The notes below the pieces were generated by a model, which was not told where the DNA came from, ran no database searches, and saw only the letters and a program-made list of their open reading frames with translations. Below, piece after piece: positions 48,401 through 58,034 of a DNA stretch of 64,000 bases. A program made the position numbers and the translations under genes. The stretch comes from a virus, in IMG/VR virus record IMGVR_UViG_3300006793_000017, positions 1-64,000 of that record; one strand, written 5' to 3'. The stretch's first letter is position 1. Each line of letters opens with the position of its first letter.

Positions 48401-48813
48401 GAGATACACTGTACGGATTAAAAATTAATCCAATTACATTCTTTAACGGTGTAGGACTTGTAAACTACGGTCAAAAAACTAGAGCAAGAAATGCAAGTGC
48501 TTTAGATAGAATTAACGTAGCACGTTTAGTTGTGTACTTAAGATCACAACTTAATAAACTTGCAAGACCATATATCTTTGAACCAAATGATAAGATCACG
48601 AGGGACGAAGTTAAACAAGCAGTTGAGTCATTATTACTCGAGCTTGTAGGCTTAAGAGCTTTATACGACTTTGCAGTTGTGTGTGATGAAACTAACAACA
48701 CGCCAGCAAGAGTTGACAGAAATGAACTTTATGTTGACATTGCTATCGAACCGATTAAGGCGATTGAGTTTATTTACATTCCATTGCGTGTCAAGAACAC
48801 AGGAGAAATATAA
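45457..48813 (+). CDS. gp18: tail sheath protein (gp18-like) with large internal insertion
   Basis: LTSPGVEV..IDES start; C-terminal WFAPAG..RG, INPI, GQKT, ALDRINVARL and FEPND motifs. TAAATA at 45393 and SD AGGAG. Confidence 0.93.
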   Translation: MALTSPGVEVTVIDESFYTPAEPGTTPLIVIASSQDKLNAAGTATAAGTLKANAGKAYKVTSQKELVDLFGVPTFKKTASNTPIHGSELNEYGLLSAYSLLGVSNSAFVVRADVDLDELEGSTTAPGANPADGKWWINSGSSAFGIQEWNGAAVTTTGGQKFASKTPIVLTDDDASKIDNGAPKTSVGAIGDYAVVFETVDGSGSFSASKENATMWYKSAGNGSTVTQGSWVKVGSNDWTASHPTIIGTAMTASSGNFTINGTNFQITGTLDDLVTAINGAITETQGIVARNVSGRLYLYSDGSLDDGVGDSSKSNAIIIDDGLSSPQVTFADLGVAKGTYYGPELHIAPHTSVPEFKTGDSTPRPTGSVWVKTTEPNNGARWRASKWSAATLSWVSYTAPLYANNSSALYTLDRAGGGVNIPTDSLYVQTNAEENSGYDESPMTASFRVFRRAATGVTKITSAVVDASTFTVGGNTFTIAESVKTSGALAAGIAVNFTAAGNAADAELMAGAINSAGFTNIEAAVTSSNTVEIMHKLGGDFRITDGTNTPVGAAFTVFNINTGLGTANFYTAPAGASENYVASNWKPLAADDFAASSNAPLAEPADGQLWYNPEFSDVDMMIHNGTTWVGYHNFSSGYANCSPDGPIVSATEPKASSGQSDGTALVDGDLWISTASLEDFPTIYRWDGNNLAWVLVDKTDQTTEDGVLFADARYGLAGSTGNTAATIKDLLTNNYLDPDAPDPALYPKGMLLWNLRRSGGNVKKYNNNYIDLTADNTRFGDEAMTSYATDRWSTQSGNQEDGSGSFGRHAQRMVVVQALKSAIDTSSEIRDEETRNFNLISCPGYTETMSNLVNLNIDRGLTAFVIGDTPLRLAADATSLLAYGSNSALVVDNNDNGLVTYDEYLGAFYPNGFTTDLGGANAVVPASHMMMRTIALSDQVSFPWFAPAGTRRGGISNATSVGYIDSATGEFQTVALNEGQRDTLYGLKINPITFFNGVGLVNYGQKTRARNASALDRINVARLVVYLRSQLNKLARPYIFEPNDKITRDEVKQAVESLLLELVGLRALYDFAVVCDETNNTPARVDRNELYVDIAIEPIKAIEFIYIPLRVKNTGEI

Positions 48814-49454
48814 TGCCTATTACATCACTTAACAACTTTGGAGTACCAACAGACGCAGGCAACCAAGTGCTCTTGATGCCTAAACTAAAATATCGCTTTA
48901 GGGTGACACTTTTAGGATTTGGAGTTAGTGCTGCAACAGAACTTACTAAACAGGTTGTAGATGTTTCAAGACCAAAAGTAGGTTTTGAAGAAATGCAGTT
49001 AGACGTGTACAACTCAAAGGTATTCTTAGCAGGTAAGTATACTTTTGAAACACTAACATTAAACTTACGTGACGATGCTAGTGGCTTTGTACAGAAACTA
49101 GTCGGCCAACAGGTCCAGAAGCAGTTCGACTTTGTTGAACAAGCATCTGCTAGATCAGGTATTGACTACAAATTCTCAACTAAAATTGAAGTACTAGACG
49201 GTGGTAACGGTGCTAGTGAAAACGGAGTAAGCGTATTAGAAACAGCAAACATGTATGGTTGTTTCCTAACTAACGTAGACTACGGTGACGCTAACTACGC
49301 TACTAACGAAGCTATGCAAGTTGCACTTACTATACGTTTTGATAACATGGTACAGTGGGGCGCAGGCGAGCAAGGCGTTGGCGTTGGTATTGGCGCAAAC
49401 GTTGGCAGAACAATTGGTGAATCTACTACAGGTTCTTCAGGCGCTCAAGGCTAA
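48813..49454 (+). CDS. gp19: tail tube protein (gp19-like)
   Basis: Follows the sheath gene; PKLKYRFRV, RP.V.F, AGK..F and YGCF...V.YG...Y motifs. Confidence 0.8.
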   Translation: MPITSLNNFGVPTDAGNQVLLMPKLKYRFRVTLLGFGVSAATELTKQVVDVSRPKVGFEEMQLDVYNSKVFLAGKYTFETLTLNLRDDASGFVQKLVGQQVQKQFDFVEQASARSGIDYKFSTKIEVLDGGNGASENGVSVLETANMYGCFLTNVDYGDANYATNEAMQVALTIRFDNMVQWGAGEQGVGVGIGANVGRTIGESTTGSSGAQG

Positions 49455-49477
49455 GAGATTTTACAATCAAGTAGAAG

Positions 49478-49506
49478 AAGCCCGGTTTATTTTCCGGGCT
49501 TTTTTT
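49478..49506 (+). terminator. rho-independent terminator
   Basis: AAGCCCGG-loop-CCGGGCTTTTTTT. Confidence 0.85.
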
Positions 49507-49522
49507 ATGGCTAAATAATAGT

Positions 49523-50626
49523 ATGGCAAATAAATTCACAAGATTCTTAGGCGATTTCGCAACAGGACTTACCCAACCTAAAGGTATTATGGGTAACTAT
49601 ACTCATGCCACAAGACTGTTCATTGATAACACAATGCGTCTTGCACCTAAGACTAAATTTAATTATTACGTTAGATTTGAAATGGATCCTATAGCAGTTA
49701 AGGCTGCTCACTTCAAAAGCAAACATGCTGAAGAAACAGGACTGTTAGTTAAAGGAGTAGACTTACCTAAGTTTACTTTCCAAATGGATACACTAAACCA
49801 GTATAATAAAAAGCATAACGTATATAAACGAATTCAATATGATCCTGTGCAGTTTACTATGCACGATGATAACCAAGGTGTTATAAGTGCTATGTGGGCT
49901 TTATACTATGGATACTACATTGCAGATAGATCTAATCCTACAGCAGCGTTTGATAGAGATCAATATAGAAATAAAGAAACAGGCAATTATGCATTTGGTT
50001 TTGATAACGGATCTACTGCGGACTTCTTTAAATCTGTTACTATCTTTACAATGGGACGTAGACGCTTTGTTGGCTACACACTAGTTAATCCAAAAATACA
50101 ACAGTGGACAGCAGGTGGTATGGAAATGGCAGCAGGTTCTGAAACTGCTGAAAGCACAATGTCATTACAATACGAAGCAGTGCAATACACAGCAGGAACA
50201 GTCAGTCAAGGTTCGCCCAAAGGCTTTGCAAACTTACACTACGATACAGTTTCATCTCCACTAGGTATAGCAGGAGGAGGAACAGGATTACTACTAGGAG
50301 AAGGCGGCGTACTTGACGGACTCGAAGCAGTGTTTGGTGCTGTTGGTAACGGTAGTGCATTTGATAGTCCTAAGTCATTTTTAGGTACAGCAATTGCCGC
50401 AGTTAACACATATAAAAATATTAGAGGATTAAGTAAAGAATCTATTATTAATGAAGGTGTTAATATTTTAACAAGCCCAGGTGGCATACAACAAATTTCA
50501 AATACAATATCAGGTGCAGCAGGAATATTCTTTCCGAAGAATGATGCAGCCAACGGAACTACTACTGCAAAGAAAAAAGTAACACGTGGCGGCACCGGCG
50601 TAGGAAGACAGGATATAGGAACATAA
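49523..50626 (+). CDS. tail-tube-fold protein (baseplate tube initiator gp48/gp54-like)
   Basis: VK.VDLPKF...TLNQYN...I.YDPV..T.HDD and L.NP.I motifs resemble tube-fold proteins; position after the tube gene fits. Confidence 0.55.
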   Translation: MANKFTRFLGDFATGLTQPKGIMGNYTHATRLFIDNTMRLAPKTKFNYYVRFEMDPIAVKAAHFKSKHAEETGLLVKGVDLPKFTFQMDTLNQYNKKHNVYKRIQYDPVQFTMHDDNQGVISAMWALYYGYYIADRSNPTAAFDRDQYRNKETGNYAFGFDNGSTADFFKSVTIFTMGRRRFVGYTLVNPKIQQWTAGGMEMAAGSETAESTMSLQYEAVQYTAGTVSQGSPKGFANLHYDTVSSPLGIAGGGTGLLLGEGGVLDGLEAVFGAVGNGSAFDSPKSFLGTAIAAVNTYKNIRGLSKESIINEGVNILTSPGGIQQISNTISGAAGIFFPKNDAANGTTTAKKKVTRGGTGVGRQDIGT

Positions 50627-50627
50627 C

Positions 50628-50993
50628 ATGCCTACTAATTTACCAGCAAAGGAAATACAAGATAGTGCAGCACGTACTAGACTTTACTTTGACCAATACG
50701 GTAAAGAACCTTTAGAATATAATGCTGTTGACTATGATGCAGCAATTGGATTTTTTAAATTAAAAGGTTTCGACGATAGTGCAGCATCAGTTGTTGCATC
50801 AGCATTATTAAAACAGGCAAAGTTAGAAAACATGCCTATAACAAAAGTGTTAGATGATATTACAGGTTTAGAACAATTACAAATCAGTGCTTTGGTTGCT
50901 GAAATTCTAAATAATAATAGACCATCAACTTCAACACTAGGCTATCGTACACCGGTAGAAGATGTCTCAAAACAACGTAATGTGAGTGCTTAA
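50628..50993 (+). CDS. hypothetical protein
   Basis: 121 aa, SD AGGA, in the operon. Confidence 0.65.
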   Translation: MPTNLPAKEIQDSAARTRLYFDQYGKEPLEYNAVDYDAAIGFFKLKGFDDSAASVVASALLKQAKLENMPITKVLDDITGLEQLQISALVAEILNNNRPSTSTLGYRTPVEDVSKQRNVSA

Positions 50994-50994
50994 C

Positions 50995-51435
50995 ATGCCC
51001 AAGTTTGCTCAAGGCAAGTTTGAAATGAAAAACCCCAGTAAGTATATTGGTAATAAAACACCAATGGCTCGTTCAAGTTGGGAAACTGTTTTTATGAGAA
51101 TGTTAGATGAGCACCAAGGTGTTGCAAAGTGGGCAAGTGAAAGTATTCAAATACCTTATAGAAGTCCATTAACAGGCAAACATACAATTTACGTACCTGA
51201 CTTCTTTATTGTTTACGCAGATAAAAAAGGTAAGCAACATGCAGAAGTAATAGAAGTTAAACCTAAAAATCAAACCATGAGAGAAAATGTTGGCAAAAGT
51301 AGATACAATCAAGAACAGTATGTGCTTAATATGGCAAAATGGGAAGCAGCTACAGCATGGTGTAAGCAAAAAGGAGTACGTTTTAGAGTTGTAACTGAAG
51401 AAGATATTTTTCACACCGGACCGAAACGAAGATAA
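50995..51435 (+). CDS. gp4: head completion nuclease (T4 gp4-like, TnsA-type)
   Basis: G.F...NP.KY.G, RSSWE, W.SE...IPY, Y.PDF, EVKP and N.AKW.AA motifs. Confidence 0.85.
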   Translation: MPKFAQGKFEMKNPSKYIGNKTPMARSSWETVFMRMLDEHQGVAKWASESIQIPYRSPLTGKHTIYVPDFFIVYADKKGKQHAEVIEVKPKNQTMRENVGKSRYNQEQYVLNMAKWEAATAWCKQKGVRFRVVTEEDIFHTGPKRR

Positions 51436-51443
51436 GTAATAAT

Positions 51444-51950
51444 ATGACAAAGAAATTAGAGGAACTTTTTAATTTGGAAGAACAGGACAAAGAGCCTAAA
51501 ATCGAAGAGCCAACAGAGGTTGAAACTTCGGTAGTTAAGGCTGAAGAAATGGAAGCCGAAATAAAAAGTGTAGATCAAAGTTATCAAGCAATCCAAAACA
51601 TTACTAAGGATTTACCCGCAGTAAAAGAATTGGATACTCTAGGTGAATCAGACCTAGATCACTTAGCTGATAAAGCTGAGAAAGCATATGATGATCTTAT
51701 GGATTTGGGTATGAATGTAGAGGTACGCTACAGTGGACGTATTTTTGAAGTTGCTGGAAGTATGCTTAAGAATGCAGTAGATGCTAAATCTGCTAAAATT
51801 GACAAAAAGTTAAAAGCAGTTGATTTGCAGATGAGAAAACTTAAACTTGACCAAGATTCACCCGAAGATCCCAATGAAATTGTTAATGGATCTGGGTATG
51901 TTATGCTAGATCGTAACGAACTTATGAAGAAATTAGGCGGAAAGGAATAA
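51444..51950 (+). CDS. probable terminase small subunit
   Basis: Helical protein with 'RIFEVAG.ML..A' and C-terminal 'DRNELMK' motifs, upstream of the large terminase. Confidence 0.55.
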   Translation: MTKKLEELFNLEEQDKEPKIEEPTEVETSVVKAEEMEAEIKSVDQSYQAIQNITKDLPAVKELDTLGESDLDHLADKAEKAYDDLMDLGMNVEVRYSGRIFEVAGSMLKNAVDAKSAKIDKKLKAVDLQMRKLKLDQDSPEDPNEIVNGSGYVMLDRNELMKKLGGKE

Positions 51951-51958
51951 ATACTAGT

Positions 51959-52540
51959 ATGAAAACGTTCAATGAATATTTGACAGAAAGCAAGAAAGTA
52001 TACAGCTTCAACGTAAAAGTAGCAGGCGAAGTTCCTGAAGGCTTTTGCGATAGACTAAAGGCCTGCATGGCTTCTAGAGAAGTAGTAACTTGCGAGGAAA
52101 TGAATAAGACACCAGTTACGGAAGTTCCTTTGGATTTTCCAGAGTTGTCTAATATGGAAGTAACTACATTTAATCTTGTTACAAACTATCCTATTACTCC
52201 ATTAGAAGTACATAAGGCATGTTGTGAAGATTGTGGTTGCGCAGCAGAACATTGTAAAGTAAGAAACAGTGCCAACCCAACTGAAGAGTATCAAGTTAAT
52301 GATGACAAAAGAGAAGGCGCACTATTACACGACAACGAATATAAAGAAGCAGGCAAAGTCAAATACAAAGACTACTTTGGTGATGAGTTTAACAAATCAT
52401 TTTTGAAAGACTTATCTAAAACTGCTAAAGAACGTAAAAAGGAATTAGGACACGACAAACTAAAAGCAGACGTTTTTGCAGATGTTCCTAAGATTAAAAC
52501 TGACAAAGCGGGTGCTAAGAGCCCTGTAGGGAGTAAATAA
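51959..52540 (+). CDS. hypothetical protein (possible head-internal)
   Basis: 193 aa; the MKTFNEYLTES start resembles prohead-protease-processed T4-like proteins. Confidence 0.55.
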   Translation: MKTFNEYLTESKKVYSFNVKVAGEVPEGFCDRLKACMASREVVTCEEMNKTPVTEVPLDFPELSNMEVTTFNLVTNYPITPLEVHKACCEDCGCAAEHCKVRNSANPTEEYQVNDDKREGALLHDNEYKEAGKVKYKDYFGDEFNKSFLKDLSKTAKERKKELGHDKLKADVFADVPKIKTDKAGAKSPVGSK

Positions 52541-53202
52541 TGAACTTTAATGAACTTATGCAAAGAATGCGTGAGCTTGATACAACTGATGCACCTGTCA
52601 CAGAGATGCCAGTTCCAATGCCACAGGCTCCAATGACAGCACCAGAAGGTAAAGACAAAGCAAGAATGAATGTTAACATCAGTGCTGAAGGTGATGCTAT
52701 CGAAGACGTATTAAAATTAATGACAAAGGTTAATCCAGATATGATTAACCAACCTGAAAAACCAGAAATGCCTGATATGCCAGACATGACTATTGCTATG
52801 CCAAAGCCAATCAACAAATTGATTCCAGACTTTGATGGCGATAATGATGACAAGCCAGGCGGTGATATGGATATGGACATGGACAAAGATGACCATGATG
52901 CAGATCACGATATGATCAAAGGTTTAGACAAAGACGACGATGGCGACCACGACATGGACGACCACGACGCAGAGAAAAAAGATAAAGAAGAAGCATATGC
53001 TAATGAGCCTGATGAAGACCACAGAGACATTGACTATATGCAAAACAAATTAGCAGGTGGAATGAACCGTCCTAAAGGTACACATCCTAAAGTAGCTGAC
53101 GGTGACAATCCTATGAAAAAAGTAAAAGAAGGTGATGACCTAAGAGCTCAAATTAAAGCTGAACTTGCACAACGTTTAGCAGAAGCTAAGGGAGAGAAGT
53201 AA
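52540..53202 (+). CDS. acidic Asp/Met/His-rich hypothetical protein
   Basis: 220 aa, low complexity, with DKDDDGDHDMDDHD. Confidence 0.6.
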   Translation: MNFNELMQRMRELDTTDAPVTEMPVPMPQAPMTAPEGKDKARMNVNISAEGDAIEDVLKLMTKVNPDMINQPEKPEMPDMPDMTIAMPKPINKLIPDFDGDNDDKPGGDMDMDMDKDDHDADHDMIKGLDKDDDGDHDMDDHDAEKKDKEEAYANEPDEDHRDIDYMQNKLAGGMNRPKGTHPKVADGDNPMKKVKEGDDLRAQIKAELAQRLAEAKGEK

Positions 53203-53636
53203 TGGCAGATTTAACACAATCAACAATCGGTGGCGGTAGCTCAGTAAAAGTTGCTGAAAACAGAAAACCATACGCTGACATGACAGCAATACATTACAAC
53301 GGTAACAAAACTTTAACAGTTTTTGAAGTTGCATGTGGCGCAGCAGTAAATGCTCAAACAGGAAGCGGTTTAGCAATTGAAAGCATTATGCGTATTGTCG
53401 AAAAATATTGTACTGTTGTTATTCGTGGCGCACTATATGGTACAAACCAAAAGTTTGCACTTGTAGTTGAGCAACCAAATGATTCATTAGATTATGATGG
53501 TGCAGGTGCTGAAACACTTGTTGAGCAAATCGAAGATGAGATTATTGCACTAACTGATTTATCAGGTGCTACACCAGCACAAATTGACTTTACTGGTGTT
53601 ACTTGTACAGTAAAAACTACACTAGAATTAGCATAA
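53202..53636 (+). CDS. hypothetical protein (possible virion decoration)
   Basis: 144 aa, SD GGAG, followed by a terminator. Confidence 0.6.
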   Translation: MADLTQSTIGGGSSVKVAENRKPYADMTAIHYNGNKTLTVFEVACGAAVNAQTGSGLAIESIMRIVEKYCTVVIRGALYGTNQKFALVVEQPNDSLDYDGAGAETLVEQIEDEIIALTDLSGATPAQIDFTGVTCTVKTTLELA

Positions 53637-53655
53637 TACTGCTATTATAAGATTC

Positions 53656-53682
53656 AATAGCACCTTCGGGTGCTATTTTTTT
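53656..53682 (+). terminator. rho-independent terminator
   Basis: AATAGCACC-TTCG-GGTGCTATTTTTTT. Confidence 0.9.
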
Positions 53683-53696
53683 GAGTAAATACTAGT

Positions 53697-55286
53697 ATGG
53701 CAAAGAGTTTAGATGGCGTTCAGATTAAGAAGGCCCACAGCAAACAAAAATATACGTTAGAAGAAGTCAAGCACTTAGAGGCTTGTATGGATCCTATTAC
53801 AGGACCTTTGTATTTCTGCGAAAACTTTTTATCTATTCAACACCCAACAAAAGGCTCGATGAAGTTTGTTCCTTACGGATTTCAACGAGAGCTAATACAA
53901 GCATACGCAGAAAATAGATACTGTGTTGCTATGTTACCAAGACAGATGGGTAAAACAACATGTGCTGCTGGATACTTATTATGGTATACTATGTTTACAC
54001 CTGAAGCACAAGTACTAATTGCTGCACACAAATATACAGGTGCGCAGGATATTATGAATAGATATAGATACGGTTATGAAACTTTGCCAGATTTTATTCG
54101 TGCAGGTATCTACACATACAACAGAAACACAATTGAATTTGATAACGGTAGTAGAATACAAGCAACTACCACAACAGAAGATACTGGACGTGGTAAATCA
54201 CTTTCATTAATATACTGTGATGAGTTTGCATTTGTGCAACCCCCAGAGAAAGCCAAAGAGTTTTGGACTGCACTTTCTCCTACACTGTCAACAGGTGGTA
54301 AAGCGATTGTTACAAGTACACCAAACTCAGACGAAGATCAGTTTGCTATGATTTGGACAGAAGCAAATAAAAAGTTTGACGATCATGGTAATGATATGGG
54401 AGTAGGTACTAACGGATTTTTTCCTTACTTTGCTCCTTGGACAGAACATCCAGATAGAGATGACGACTGGGCAGCACAAGAAAAAGCAAAGATTGGTGAC
54501 GAACGTTTTAGACGTGAATTTGATTGTGAATTCTTAATCTTTGATGAAACACTTATTAATAGTGTTAAGTTGGCTGAACTAGAAGGATCAGAACCTGTTA
54601 TGAATACAGGTCAAACACGCTGGTATAAGAAAATTAATCCTAAAGCAACATACTTAGTAAGTATGGATCCAAGTTTAGGTACAGGTGGTGACTATGGTGC
54701 TATTCAAATATTTGAAATGCCTAGTATGGAACAGGTAGGAGAATGGCGACATAATTTAACACCAATACAACAGCAAGTAAGAACATTAAGAGAAATATTA
54801 CAGTACATTCAAAGCGAATGTGCAAATGGCGGTAATCCAAATCCTACTATATATTATAGTGTAGAAAACAATACCATTGGCGAAGCAGCACTTGTTGTTA
54901 TTGCAGATATAGGCGAAGAAAACTTTAACGGCTTGTTCTTAAGTGAACCTATTAGAAAAGGACATGTTAGACGCTATAGGAAAGGATTTAACACTACACA
55001 CAAAACAAAGATTACTGCATGTAGCGGATTAAAGAACTTATTAGAAAAGAATAAGATGAAAATACACAGTAAACCGCTTATATCAGAGCTAAAAACATTC
55101 GTAGCACACGGTGTTGGGTACGGTGCAAAAACAGGTGAACATGACGATTTAGTGGCCGCAACGTTATTAATTGTACGTATGGCTAACGTATTATCTGATT
55201 GGGATCCTAAGATTTACGATAAAATGACAGAAAGAATGACGGAAGATCAGTTCCCAATGCCGATCTTCGTAAGTACAGGATTTTGA
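53697..55286 (+). CDS. gp17: terminase large subunit (gp17)
   Basis: Walker A PRQMGKT, Walker B YCDEFAF, motif III TSTPN, nuclease D.S.G.G.D and HDDLV. Confidence 0.95.
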   Translation: MAKSLDGVQIKKAHSKQKYTLEEVKHLEACMDPITGPLYFCENFLSIQHPTKGSMKFVPYGFQRELIQAYAENRYCVAMLPRQMGKTTCAAGYLLWYTMFTPEAQVLIAAHKYTGAQDIMNRYRYGYETLPDFIRAGIYTYNRNTIEFDNGSRIQATTTTEDTGRGKSLSLIYCDEFAFVQPPEKAKEFWTALSPTLSTGGKAIVTSTPNSDEDQFAMIWTEANKKFDDHGNDMGVGTNGFFPYFAPWTEHPDRDDDWAAQEKAKIGDERFRREFDCEFLIFDETLINSVKLAELEGSEPVMNTGQTRWYKKINPKATYLVSMDPSLGTGGDYGAIQIFEMPSMEQVGEWRHNLTPIQQQVRTLREILQYIQSECANGGNPNPTIYYSVENNTIGEAALVVIADIGEENFNGLFLSEPIRKGHVRRYRKGFNTTHKTKITACSGLKNLLEKNKMKIHSKPLISELKTFVAHGVGYGAKTGEHDDLVAATLLIVRMANVLSDWDPKIYDKMTERMTEDQFPMPIFVSTGF

Positions 55287-55297
55287 TAAATAGTTAT

Positions 55298-57679
55298 ATG
55301 GACGCAACTAACAACATAGCAACCGATCTGTTCTATAAAATTAGAAGCAGATTCAAAGGTTTAAAATTAGGAGATGCCGCTGGGTCAATTACTATAAACC
55401 CAGAGGAAGCCAGATTCTTTGACTTCGATTATAATGAAGGAGATAAGAACATTGGACACGTGAGTATTAGTCTTGCTGAAGCAAATTCAATGAAAGTATA
55501 CTTTTCAAATGGTATTACTGAAGGCATGGATGATTCACAAAAAGACAATTGGTACGGATTTTTAAAAGAATTAAGAAAGTTTAGTAAGCGTCGACTACTA
55601 GCATTTGATACTAGAGACATTGCTAAAGACAATCTAGACCAAAGGGATTATGCATTCCTAAGTCAATATTCAAATCCTCAAGCAGATAATGACACTATAG
55701 TAAAACCAGTCGGAGAGAATAAAATGAACGAGAGCACCTTATACGGGACTAAGAAACAGAGCTTCCAAAAATTGGAAGATACAAGATTAATTATTAAGCA
55801 CAGTAAAAAACTTGCTGATGATACAGAAATGAAGCCAGGTGATAGATCAAGAAATATTGCTGCTTTGTTTGTTGAAAACCAAGAAGGTGAAAGATTTAAA
55901 TATCCTTTCATTCACTTAGCAGGCGCAAGAGCTATGCAAAGACACGTTGCAAATGGTGGTGCTCCATATGATGCAATTGGTGAAAGCATTATTAAAATGA
56001 GTGAAGAGATTGCACAATTAAAAAGTTTCACAGGCTATGTTGTACGTAACGACTTAATGAACTCCGACACAAATTCAGTTGTTGAACGTAGCAAAGGCCA
56101 ACTTGATTCCCTTAGAGAAAGAATTGCAAAAATGTCTAAACAGGCTCACTACGAATCATATGTAGAAAGTTTCCAGGCACCAGAGGCAATGGAAGTTCCA
56201 GATGATGTAATGGAGCAATTTAAAGATCAATTTACAGTAAGAAATTTTAAAGAAGATTTAACATCAGTATTTCCTGTACTATACAGACTAATGAAAGAAG
56301 ATGAAATTGTAGGCTATGACGACATAGTCGAAATGACAAAAACTGAATCAGACAAGTATCATTGTAAGGATTGTGGAGATGTAATGCACAAACCTACAAC
56401 CGATTGTGATCATGACTCACACGATGAGAATGGAGGACATTGGGTTGATGATAATGGTAACGGCATACATGACATGGATGAATCTAGTGATCCGTTTGCA
56501 GCATTTGAAAATTGGGCAATGGCATTAGGTGAAGATTCACCACTTACAGCAGGCAGCGACGAAGAAATTAAAGAGGCAGTTGCAAGTCTAAATGAATTAG
56601 TAAGCCAAGACTTTCCAGTAGGCGTAGATGGCACAAATGCTATTCAAAGTTTAAAAGGTATTATCGAAGACAACAGACTGTTTAACGATATTAAAATGAA
56701 GGCAAAGGAAGATCCAAACGGCGATGCTCGTCCACTTGTTAAAGCATGGGTAGAAGAACATGCACCTGAGCAACTAGAAGCATTAGACTTTGGTGATATG
56801 GTTGATGAGCCAGCAGTAAGTGCTGATCAAGCAGAGCCACAACAAGAAGGTTTTATGCCAGACGAGTTCGAAGGCGAGTTTGAATGGGAAGGAACAGGCG
56901 ATGACGGCGAAATGACACCTTGCACTGTATCGTATAAAGCAAGTATTGAAGGCGATGACGGACCAGTAAGAATTGTAGTTGATCCTAAATCAATATCACT
57001 TGATTGCCAAATGGACGGTAACAGTAAATTAGGTTTTGATGCTGACATGGATCTTGAAATGCAAGACATGGACGAGTTAATGGCAGCATGTCAAGAGGAC
57101 GCACAAGAAACATACGATAACGCAGATCATAAACAACACGAAGGAACACAAAAAGAAGGTAGAGTAAGTGATGCGTTAATTGGTGCTGAAGAAATTTTAG
57201 GTGACTTTACAGACGAAGATCACAAATTAAAAATGCCAAAAGACAAAGTTAAAGATGCAATTAGAAATGGCAAGTATGACGCAGCTGATGCTATGTTTGC
57301 AATTGATATAGTTGACACAGACTTTGATGACGAAGGCAATCATATTGAAAAACAAGATGAGCCAGATTTTGGCGAAGGCAACAAGTTTTCAGGCGCAATG
57401 GATAAAGCCAAAAAAGCTGGTAAAAAGTCTTTCGAAGTTGATGGCAAGTCATATGATATTAACGAAGTAGCACAATTTATTGTAAGCATGTACGATAGAC
57501 AAAGTGGTACTTTTCCAAAAGGTCCAGAAGGTGTTGCTACTATGGTAGACAAGAAGTTCGGCGAACATGCAGGACAAGTTGCTCGTAAAATGGTAGAGCG
57601 TATGGCACCGGCACAAGAGCAAGGCGCAGAAGAAATCGAAGAACTCGAAAGAATCAAAACCTTAGCTGGTGCTTACTAA
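55298..57679 (+). CDS. large acidic hypothetical protein
   Basis: The start is moved to the ATG at 55298, 5 nt after TAAATA. Conserved-looking N-terminal half (GERFKYP..HLAGARAM.RHV..GG.PYD) and an acidic, insertion-rich C-terminal half. Confidence 0.7.
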   Translation: MDATNNIATDLFYKIRSRFKGLKLGDAAGSITINPEEARFFDFDYNEGDKNIGHVSISLAEANSMKVYFSNGITEGMDDSQKDNWYGFLKELRKFSKRRLLAFDTRDIAKDNLDQRDYAFLSQYSNPQADNDTIVKPVGENKMNESTLYGTKKQSFQKLEDTRLIIKHSKKLADDTEMKPGDRSRNIAALFVENQEGERFKYPFIHLAGARAMQRHVANGGAPYDAIGESIIKMSEEIAQLKSFTGYVVRNDLMNSDTNSVVERSKGQLDSLRERIAKMSKQAHYESYVESFQAPEAMEVPDDVMEQFKDQFTVRNFKEDLTSVFPVLYRLMKEDEIVGYDDIVEMTKTESDKYHCKDCGDVMHKPTTDCDHDSHDENGGHWVDDNGNGIHDMDESSDPFAAFENWAMALGEDSPLTAGSDEEIKEAVASLNELVSQDFPVGVDGTNAIQSLKGIIEDNRLFNDIKMKAKEDPNGDARPLVKAWVEEHAPEQLEALDFGDMVDEPAVSADQAEPQQEGFMPDEFEGEFEWEGTGDDGEMTPCTVSYKASIEGDDGPVRIVVDPKSISLDCQMDGNSKLGFDADMDLEMQDMDELMAACQEDAQETYDNADHKQHEGTQKEGRVSDALIGAEEILGDFTDEDHKLKMPKDKVKDAIRNGKYDAADAMFAIDIVDTDFDDEGNHIEKQDEPDFGEGNKFSGAMDKAKKAGKKSFEVDGKSYDINEVAQFIVSMYDRQSGTFPKGPEGVATMVDKKFGEHAGQVARKMVERMAPAQEQGAEEIEELERIKTLAGAY

Positions 57680-57713
57680 AAGACTTAAATAATACTCATT
57701 AACGGAGACTAAT

Positions 57714-57950
57714 ATGTTTAACTGGATTAAAAAGCTATTCACTTCATCAGAAGCTCCCAAAGCAGAACCTTTGGTACTAAAGAACGAAGTGAAAGAAAAG
57801 GCCCCAGCGAAAGCTAAGAAACTAACTAAAGCTGAGTTATCAAAAATGACAAAAGCTAAGTTAGAAGAAATAGGTAGAGACAACGGCATTGAATTAGATA
57901 GAAGGCTGACTAAAGCAAAGCTAGTTGCTCAATTACACAAGGCACTATAA
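57714..57950 (+). CDS. small basic protein with Rho-N/HeH-like domain
   Basis: LSKMTKAKLEEIG...GIEL..RLTKAKLV motif; TAAATA at 57686 and SD GGAG. Confidence 0.6.
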   Translation: MFNWIKKLFTSSEAPKAEPLVLKNEVKEKAPAKAKKLTKAELSKMTKAKLEEIGRDNGIELDRRLTKAKLVAQLHKAL

Positions 57951-57973
57951 CAACAAAAAGTTATAATCTAAGT

Positions 57974-58000
57974 AAGGAGGCTACGGTCTCCTTTCTTTTT
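57974..58000 (+). terminator. rho-independent terminator
   Basis: AAGGAGGC-TACG-GTCTCCTT followed by TCTTTTT (cUACGg tetraloop). Confidence 0.8.
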
Positions 58001-58034
58001 GGCTGAATAAAACCACATTTAGTTAAAATAACAG

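Noticed and set aside
34616-55297. Longer upstream starts given by the ORF track (34708, 43211, 44005, 50986, 55283)
   Set aside because: They run across promoter motifs or neighbouring genes. Downstream ATGs fit the TAAATA-N5 pattern or stop-start coupling better.
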